From Candidatus Saccharimonadota bacterium (GTDB lineage Bacteria; Patescibacteriota; Microgenomatia; UBA1406; GWC2-37-13), in assembly GCA_001790095.1 (NCBI GenBank), contig MGBH01000001.1, positions 210,001 through 242,000 of the forward strand: a stretch of DNA of 32,000 nucleotides, given 5' to 3'. Below are positions 26,954 through 32,000 of this stretch, one piece after another. Under the pieces are notes generated by a model that was not told the origin of the DNA, did no database searches, and saw only the letters and a list, made by a program, of their open reading frames with translations. Numbering within the stretch: position 1 is the first letter of the stretch; each line of letters opens with the position of its first letter. The position numbers and the translations under genes were made by a program.

Positions 26954-27532
26954 ATGGATAAAGAATCCCTCAAAAAAAGGTTAACGTCAAAGAAAGCGCA
27001 AGATTATAGCTATGCGATTATTTTTTTCTTGACATTTTCGTTTTTTATTTTTTTTGTAATTCGTCCAAACTTAGTAAACGTTTTTTCACTTCAAGAAGAG
27101 CTTGGAAGACTACGAATTCTTGATGCAGGATATGAAAATGTGATCAAAAAGATCATCAACATCCAAACATTTCTTGAGGTAAATAGAAGTGATTTATATC
27201 TTTTAGATCAATCAGTTTCATCCACCCCACAGATAAATAAGCTGATTGAGGATATTGAAGCTGCAGCAACAGAATCAGGTCTTATCGTCAATCAAATAAA
27301 CATAAGCAGAATTGATTTAAAAGAAAAGAATAAACGTGATAGTAAAAATACACTTATGGTAAACATAGCTACACGTACGGGGTTTGAAGAGACGAAAAAA
27401 TTTATGGATGATTTAATATCTCAACGAAGACTTAAAATGCTTAAAAGTGTCGTCTTTGAAAAGGAAGATAAATATGGGACTGGTAGCGGAGCTTTAAATA
27501 TAAAAATTGAACTAGAAGGATATTACCTATGA
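26954..27532 (+). CDS. pilO: PilO-like bitopic membrane protein
   Basis: Short cytoplasmic N-terminus, TM (YAIIFFLTFSFFIFFVI), coiled coil, then LDQSVSSTPQINKLIEDIEAAATESGLIVNQINI...IATRTGFEETKKFMDDLISQRRLKMLKSVVFEK. By eye this aligns with the P. aeruginosa PilO periplasmic domain. It lies directly after the PilN-like gene. Confidence 0.55.
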   Translation: MDKESLKKRLTSKKAQDYSYAIIFFLTFSFFIFFVIRPNLVNVFSLQEELGRLRILDAGYENVIKKIINIQTFLEVNRSDLYLLDQSVSSTPQINKLIEDIEAAATESGLIVNQINISRIDLKEKNKRDSKNTLMVNIATRTGFEETKKFMDDLISQRRLKMLKSVVFEKEDKYGTGSGALNIKIELEGYYL

Positions 27533-27714
27533 AAAAGATAGAGGTGCTTATACTTTCAGTAGCAATTTTCTTTACCATTATTGCATGGGTTATTATTGAC
27601 ATATATCATATCCAGCAAAAAATTAACGATCAAATTGATGTTAAACCAGCAACAATTCCCAATTATCAAATGGATCAGAAAATAATCGACGTTTTGAAGC
27701 AAAAAGTGGAGTAA
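27529..27714 (+). CDS. Small single-pass membrane protein
   Basis: 61 aa with the TM segment VLILSVAIFFTIIAWVIIDI. ATGA overlap with the PilO-like gene supports its being a real gene. Confidence 0.5.
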   Translation: MKKIEVLILSVAIFFTIIAWVIIDIYHIQQKINDQIDVKPATIPNYQMDQKIIDVLKQKVE

Positions 27715-27717
27715 GTT

Positions 27718-29088
27718 ATGATATACAGCAAACTATATTTACAAAGAAAAACGAGTCTTTTACCCGCCGTTTTGGTAATGGGTGTATTGTTTATTGCCAC
27801 TCTATTTATTTTCTACACAAAAAAATCAGCCCATGTCACGTCGATCACAAAGACGCCCTTAATAAAGAAAGAACTTGTGAATCTGTCTTCAAATCAAGCA
27901 GGAATATATTGGGAATCAAAGGATAAGGAAGAGGGATGGATCCAATTTGGGGAGAAAGGTGAAGATGTTAGTACCAATGCTTATGATGACAGAGATCTAT
28001 CACCTAATTTACAAAAATATACCCATCACTACGTAGCATTAAAGAACTTGAAGGAAGATAAAAACTATTATTTTAGAATAATGAACAAAAGGGGAGCTTA
28101 TGTTGACAAGGATATGAATATCTTTCATTTTAAAACACCAAAAAAAGAAACGCAAAGATATAGTGGCAAACCTGCATATGGTAAAGTTTTAATGGCCAAC
28201 GGCAAGCCTAGGGAGAATATCCTCGTTTTACTTACAATAGAGGGAAAAATTCCCCTACTCGCTCTATCAAAATCAACAGGGGAATGGCTGCTGCCCTTAA
28301 ATAGCATAATTGAAAAAACAACGGGTAAAACAGTATATGACATATCAAGCAACACAAGAACCAATATTGAGTTTATAGAAGAGAGGGGAAGTAGTTCTCA
28401 TGTAGTTACTTTTTTAGCGAATATAAACCCCATGGCACAAACAATCATTTTAGGTAGAAACTACAGCCTTCTTGCCCAACAACAAGGTCAAGGAGATGTA
28501 TTGTCAGTATCAACAGGAAAAAAAATTGAATCAAAATCAACAGTGGCTATCGTTTATCCACGAGAAAATGCCATAATACCGGCTCTAAGGCCTCTTATTA
28601 AGGGTCAAGGATTACCTGGTAGTGATGTTACTGCTTTTATTAACTCAAGTCCTCAATTTACGTTCCGAACAAAAGTTGATAAGGTGGGAGAATGGAGGAT
28701 TTTACCAACAGATCCCATCTCACCAGGTTCATATGTCTTGACGATTACGTCAAAAGATGAAACGGGAGCAAAGATAACCATAAAACGAAATTTTATTATC
28801 GCTAAAAGCGGTGAGCAAGTTTTGGGGTTAGCCACAGGAGAACCGACACTACCTCCTCCAACAACTACTCCTACACGATCTATCTCAGCTACTCCCGTTC
28901 CCACGCTTATTGTTTTTAACCCGACTCCAACATTGCACCCAACGCTTTTTCAGCCAACAAGTCAACCCCAATATCCCATAACAACACCAACAAACACACC
29001 GCCTCGTACTGGAGGAAGCTTAACTGGCCTTCTTTTTGCCAGTCTCATCCTACTATTTGTTGGAGGAGGGTTAATGCTTGTTTTTTAA
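27718..29088 (+). CDS. Large surface protein: N-terminal anchor, FN3-like and Ig-like beta domains, Pro/Thr-rich stalk, C-terminal PPRTGG plus hydrophobic segment
   Basis: N-terminal TM (LLPAVLVMGVLFIATLFIF). The FN3-like pattern is AGIYWESKDKEEGWIQFGE...HHYVALKNLKEDKNYYFRI. The Ig-like segment is VAIVYPRENA...GEWRILPTDPISPGSYVLTITSKD. The PT-rich stretch is GEPTLPPPTTTPT...PTPT, and the C-terminus is TPPRTGGSLTGLLFASLILLFVGGGLMLVF. Confidence 0.6.
   Translation: MIYSKLYLQRKTSLLPAVLVMGVLFIATLFIFYTKKSAHVTSITKTPLIKKELVNLSSNQAGIYWESKDKEEGWIQFGEKGEDVSTNAYDDRDLSPNLQKYTHHYVALKNLKEDKNYYFRIMNKRGAYVDKDMNIFHFKTPKKETQRYSGKPAYGKVLMANGKPRENILVLLTIEGKIPLLALSKSTGEWLLPLNSIIEKTTGKTVYDISSNTRTNIEFIEERGSSSHVVTFLANINPMAQTIILGRNYSLLAQQQGQGDVLSVSTGKKIESKSTVAIVYPRENAIIPALRPLIKGQGLPGSDVTAFINSSPQFTFRTKVDKVGEWRILPTDPISPGSYVLTITSKDETGAKITIKRNFIIAKSGEQVLGLATGEPTLPPPTTTPTRSISATPVPTLIVFNPTPTLHPTLFQPTSQPQYPITTPTNTPPRTGGSLTGLLFASLILLFVGGGLMLVF
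28900..28932 (+). repeat. Copy 1 of a shared 33-nt module encoding PTLIVFNPTPT
   Basis: cccacgcttattgtttttaacccgactccaaca matches 30152-30184 at 27 of 33 positions, by my hand alignment. Confidence 0.7.
28999..29085 (+). other. Sortase-like C-terminal sorting signal (variant PPRTG-G plus TM, no basic tail)
   Basis: The codons ccg cct cgt act gga gga at 28999-29016 encode PPRTGG. A further 24 mostly hydrophobic residues follow up to the stop codon. Confidence 0.4.
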
Positions 29089-29112
29089 CACGCTTTTTGA
29101 TTAAATGAATGT

Positions 29113-29784
29113 ATGGGGGGAGTAATAGATTTTTTTCTTTCAGTAAACAAAATAAGCTTATTTGCCTTTTTGGGCGTGTTTGGTTTTTTGGTTTATGAAG
29201 TATATCTTCTTCGAAGAGAACATTTAAAAAAGCAAAAACCAGTCCTACCCCAGTTTAATACTAGTACTGTTGTTGATAAGACCGTCATTCAACAACAGGC
29301 TGTATCCCTTAGTCCACCAAAAAAAGCAGATATTGAAAAACATACCAAATCACCGATTTTTTTGATCATTTTACTTATTTGTATGATTATATTTTTTCTT
29401 GGGTTTACCATATATACTGTTTTTATAGGCAAAACCGTAAAAGGGACGCCTGAAATCACGCCGAAGGTTATAATACAGGAAATCTCGTCACCAGGTTTAA
29501 AAGTATTTGATAGCAATTGGGTTGAAATCAATGAGAAAGATACGAAAGAGCAACTAAACCCAGGAGAGAGAATTTACATTGGAATAAGTACGATTGAGGA
29601 AGCGGATATAGATCGCGCCAGGATAAGAGTAAATGAAAAATCATGGAATATATCGCACATTACAGACAAACTCAACAAAGAAAAAAAACTATATTATAAG
29701 GAATATATTATTGCAACAGGAGAATCTAAATTAACAATTGACGCCCAACTTCATTCAAAAATTGATGGTTGGTTGGGAGATTGA
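29113..29784 (+). CDS. Hypothetical two-pass membrane protein with a C-terminal extracytoplasmic domain
   Basis: The TM segments are ISLFAFLGVFGFLVYEVYLL and IFLIILLICMIIFFLGFTIYTVFI. A beta-rich domain of about 110 aa follows. Tightly packed in the operon. I recognise no family. Confidence 0.5.
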   Translation: MGGVIDFFLSVNKISLFAFLGVFGFLVYEVYLLRREHLKKQKPVLPQFNTSTVVDKTVIQQQAVSLSPPKKADIEKHTKSPIFLIILLICMIIFFLGFTIYTVFIGKTVKGTPEITPKVIIQEISSPGLKVFDSNWVEINEKDTKEQLNPGERIYIGISTIEEADIDRARIRVNEKSWNISHITDKLNKEKKLYYKEYIIATGESKLTIDAQLHSKIDGWLGD

Positions 29785-29785
29785 T

Positions 29786-30403
29786 ATGAAAAAAAAGAAG
29801 ATAGGAACGATATTAATATTAGTCATGACGATGAGTATTTTTGGAGCAATAATCTATCTTAGTATGCTTTTGAGCAATAAAGGAGAAAAATCAGTGACTC
29901 AGATAAAAAAAACCAAAGCAAGCGCACAGACATATCACAAACTGCTTGCTCTCAACGTTACACCACCTGATTTAACTGATCATTCTGCCCCAACAGTCAT
30001 TCCAGACTCTGTTACATCAACTGGAATAACTTCTATCCCAACCCCGCAATCACCCTCACCAAAGGTCCCATACGTGCAAACGACACTACAACCATCAGTT
30101 ACTGTTCCTACGACTACCCCTGTTACTATGCCGTCTCCAACCCGACCGGCGCCCACGCTTGTGGTATTTACTCCAACTCCAACAACAATGCTTCTTGCTT
30201 ATCGTACCATGACGATAACGCCCACTCTCATACCGTCTCGTAACACAGGGGGTGAAGAGCAAAAAAAAAGCATATCACCAACATTTCAACCAACCAGGGG
30301 AGCGCCCATTGAAAACAAACTTCCGGAGACAGGATGGGTACAATTAAGCACGATCCTATTTATAGTAGCCGTGACAACAATCTTCTTATCCTTCTTATTT
30401 TGA
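29786..30403 (+). CDS. Pro/Thr-rich surface protein with a canonical LPETG plus hydrophobic C-terminus
   Basis: MKKKKIGTILILVMTMSIFGAIIYLSMLL is a signal or anchor sequence. A long P/T/S-rich region follows, and the protein ends ...NKLPETGWVQLSTILFIVAVTTIFLSFLF. I chose the ATG at 29786, 1 nt after the upstream stop codon. Confidence 0.6.
   Translation: MKKKKIGTILILVMTMSIFGAIIYLSMLLSNKGEKSVTQIKKTKASAQTYHKLLALNVTPPDLTDHSAPTVIPDSVTSTGITSIPTPQSPSPKVPYVQTTLQPSVTVPTTTPVTMPSPTRPAPTLVVFTPTPTTMLLAYRTMTITPTLIPSRNTGGEEQKKSISPTFQPTRGAPIENKLPETGWVQLSTILFIVAVTTIFLSFLF
30152..30184 (+). repeat. Copy 2 of the shared 33-nt module encoding PTLVVFTPTPT
   Basis: cccacgcttgtggtatttactccaactccaaca matches 28900-28932 at 27 of 33 positions. 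Confidence 0.7.
30320..30400 (+). other. LPXTG-type sorting signal (LPETG plus TM, no basic tail)
   Basis: The codons ctt ccg gag aca gga at 30320-30334 encode LPETG. A further 22 mostly hydrophobic residues follow up to the stop codon. Confidence 0.55.
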
Positions 30404-31060
30404 TTCATCTAATGAAGCTGCCTGAATCAAAGAAAGAAATTGTTTAGCATCCCATGAGGCTTTCCCAGGGAGAAAACCGCCAACCTCATCAGAGGTAAGA
30501 TATTGTCCAACATTCTGCTCATTCACAGAACCCCCATATATAAATACACAATTTTTAGGGAGGGATAATTTCTTCTTCATGTTTACTACATCCTCAAGCT
30601 TTTCATTTTTTCCTGTTCCAATAGCCCATACAGGCTCATAGGCAACATATTTTACATCATGCGGGATGGGGTCTTTCTCGTCACGGACACAATATACTGG
30701 TTCAATGCCGTATTTTACTGCTAATTTTACTTTGATCGCTAAGTCTTCGTTTGTTTCATGGAAAGTACTCCTTCTTTCACTATGACCAATAAGGCTAAAC
30801 TTGACTATTTCTGATAATGAACGTGCGGTTACTTCGCCAGTATAGCTTCCTTGTTCAAATGCGGATAGTGTCTGAGCTCCGACATATACATTTTTTAGTC
30901 CAAGTATTCTTTCCTTTATGTATAAGAGAAAAGGGTATGGAGCACAAATACTAATTGTTACCAGATTGTGGGGACGATATCCAAGAAGGAATGTGTCTAA
31001 CCAATTTTGTACTTCTTTTATTGTTTTATTTGCTTTCCAGTTGGCGAGGATAAACTTCAT
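30395..31060 (-). CDS. tpiA: Triosephosphate isomerase, compact form
   Basis: MKFILANWKAN (catalytic N/K), IGHSERR (His) and YEPVWAIGTG (Glu plus phosphate loop). I chose the start at 31060 because the 22 residues upstream in the track ORF are low-complexity and not TIM-like. 221 aa. Confidence 0.9.
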   Translation of the reverse strand: MKFILANWKANKTIKEVQNWLDTFLLGYRPHNLVTISICAPYPFLLYIKERILGLKNVYVGAQTLSAFEQGSYTGEVTARSLSEIVKFSLIGHSERRSTFHETNEDLAIKVKLAVKYGIEPVYCVRDEKDPIPHDVKYVAYEPVWAIGTGKNEKLEDVVNMKKKLSLPKNCVFIYGGSVNEQNVGQYLTSDEVGGFLPGKASWDAKQFLSLIQAASLDESK

Positions 31061-31092
31061 ATAAGTAATAATATAACTTGTAATCAATAGAC

Positions 31093-31098
31093 TATAAT
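31093..31098 (+). promoter_or_regulatory. TATAAT box 8 nt upstream of the helicase ATG (possible leaderless or very short-leader transcript)
   Basis: agacTATAATtatagtttATG lies in the 46-nt divergent spacer between tpiA and the helicase gene. No Shine-Dalgarno sequence and no clear -35 box. Confidence 0.3.
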
Positions 31099-31106
31099 TA
31101 TAGTTT

Positions 31107-32000
31107 ATGTTAGACGATGTCTTCAAGGGATTAAACGAACAACAAAAAAAAGCAGTTTCTTATGTAAAAGGACCCTCAATTATTCTGGCCGGGGCAGGTT
31201 CGGGTAAAACACGAGTGCTTATTTATAAAGTGATACATCTCATAAATAATCATAAGGTTGATTCTTCCTCAATTCTCATGATTACTTTTACTAACAAGGC
31301 TGCAGGAGAGTTGAAAAAGAGAATGCGTTTTCATCAAAAAAAAAGCCTTGGATATGTAGGAACGTTTCATTCTTTTTGTGCTCAGGTATTAAGATCTGAG
31401 GGGATACATATTGGATTAAACAAAGGATTTGTTATATATGATGATGATGATCAGTTAGCCCTCATGAAAGCAATCGTAAAAGAAAAAGAGGTAAAAAGAT
31501 TTTCCCCTTCGTTTATTCTCAACAGAATATCTGCAGCAAAAAACCAACTCATATCTCCTAAAAGATACTTACAGACATTTTCGGATTACTCAGCTTCGCA
31601 AATATACGAATTATATACAGAATATGTTCGCAGATTACGATTGCATCAGGCGGTGGATTTTGATGATCTCATCATGCTAACAGTGGAATTATTTGCTAAA
31701 TATCCTTCAATACTTAAACAGTATCAAGACAAATATACATACATTTTTGTTGATGAGTTCCAGGACACCAATTATGCACAGTATCACTTAACTCAGTCTT
31801 TGGGCAATAGAAACAACAATATAACTGTTGTTGGAGATTTCTCACAGAGTATTTATTCTTGGAGAGGGGCAGATATGCGCAACCTTGAAAAATTCAAAGA
31901 GGATTTCTCTCAATGTAAAACATTTCTTTTGGAACGTAATTACCGCTCATCACAAAAGATACTCGACTTTGCCTATGAAATTATTGCAAAAAACGAAGGG
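31107..32000 (+). CDS. UvrD/PcrA-type ATP-dependent DNA helicase, N-terminal part (runs off the window)
   Basis: Hand-translated and open to the window end: MLDDVFKGLNEQQKKAVSYVKGPSIILAGAGSGKTRVL (motifs Q and I), TFTNKAAGEL (Ia), FVDEFQDTN (II), VVGDFSQSIYSWRGA (III) and ERNYRSS (IV). Confidence 0.92.
   Translation, partial: MLDDVFKGLNEQQKKAVSYVKGPSIILAGAGSGKTRVLIYKVIHLINNHKVDSSSILMITFTNKAAGELKKRMRFHQKKSLGYVGTFHSFCAQVLRSEGIHIGLNKGFVIYDDDDQLALMKAIVKEKEVKRFSPSFILNRISAAKNQLISPKRYLQTFSDYSASQIYELYTEYVRRLRLHQAVDFDDLIMLTVELFAKYPSILKQYQDKYTYIFVDEFQDTNYAQYHLTQSLGNRNNNITVVGDFSQSIYSWRGADMRNLEKFKEDFSQCKTFLLERNYRSSQKILDFAYEIIAKNEG

Noticed and set aside
25620-30403. Type IV pilin or pseudopilin genes next to the PilN/PilO-like genes
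   Set aside because: None of the N-termini in this block has the class III signal (short basic leader, Gly, then F/M-T-L-I/L-E plus a hydrophobic helix). The small 61-aa protein starts MKKIEVLILSV..., which does not fit.
926-31126. Longer N-terminal extensions suggested by the ORF track (starts at 926, 2317, 7521, 8943, 12808, 18973, 21130 and 29738, and the minus-strand start at 31126)
   Set aside because: They begin at TTG, GTG or upstream codons that overlap the preceding gene or the terminator T-tract. They add non-conserved residues ahead of an internal ATG that opens the family-typical N-terminus, such as MSKIGQKPV for L6 and MKFILANWK for TIM.
1-32000. Alternative genetic code (UGA recoded, as in some reduced-genome candidate phyla)
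   Set aside because: Several conserved genes terminate at TGA at the expected length (rplP, rpsT, the PilO-like gene, the LPETG protein). No conserved gene needs read-through of an in-frame TGA.
1-32000. tRNA, rRNA, CRISPR arrays, transposases, integrases, toxin-antitoxin or defence genes
   Set aside because: Every spacer except 787-949 is under 75 nt. I saw no direct-repeat arrays or terminal inverted repeats, and no ORF has nuclease, recombinase or defence-like motifs. The 787-949 spacer lacks tRNA T-loop and acceptor features.

Overview
AT-rich, very gene-dense bacterial window read with the standard genetic code (TGA is used as a stop). No rRNA, tRNA, CRISPR array or mobile element is visible, and the longest non-coding gap is 163 nt. 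Positions 1-16972 form one uninterrupted plus-strand translation-apparatus supercluster: tuf (3' end), rpsJ, rplC, rplD, rplW, rplB, rplV, rpsC, rplP, rpmC, rpsQ, rplN, rplX, rplE, rpsN, rpsS, rpsH, rplF, rplR, rpsE, rplO, secY, rpmG, adk, map, infA, rpmJ, rpsM, rpsK, rpsD, rpoA, rplQ, rplM, rpsI. It has several non-canonical traits: S19 has moved from between L2 and L22 to between S14 and S8; L30 is absent; L33 sits between secY and adk; adk is fused to a second P-loop kinase-like domain; and L24 carries a CxxC...CxxC motif. A promoter-like element and an intrinsic terminator also lie between rpsJ and rplC. Next comes a cell-envelope glycan locus (17005-23713) with a GT2, two GT4s, a ManC-like enzyme, a small polyprenyl-phosphate sugar transferase and a DUF4012-like protein. 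It is followed by a compact recO, glyQS, a small anchored protein and rpsT. rpsT is translationally coupled (ATGA overlap) to a tightly packed six-gene cluster of membrane and surface proteins (26417-30403). That cluster opens with PilN-like and PilO-like genes, has no PilM, ATPase, platform or pilin gene in view, and ends with two Pro/Thr-rich proteins carrying sortase-type C-terminal signals (PPRTGG+TM and LPETG+TM). This cluster is my best candidate for an undescribed envelope system. The window ends with a convergent tpiA (minus strand) and the 5' part of a uvrD/pcrA-type helicase. The missing L30, compact proteins, near absence of Shine-Dalgarno sequences and the DUF4012 locus fit a CPR/Patescibacteria-like reduced genome, but that assignment is inference only.
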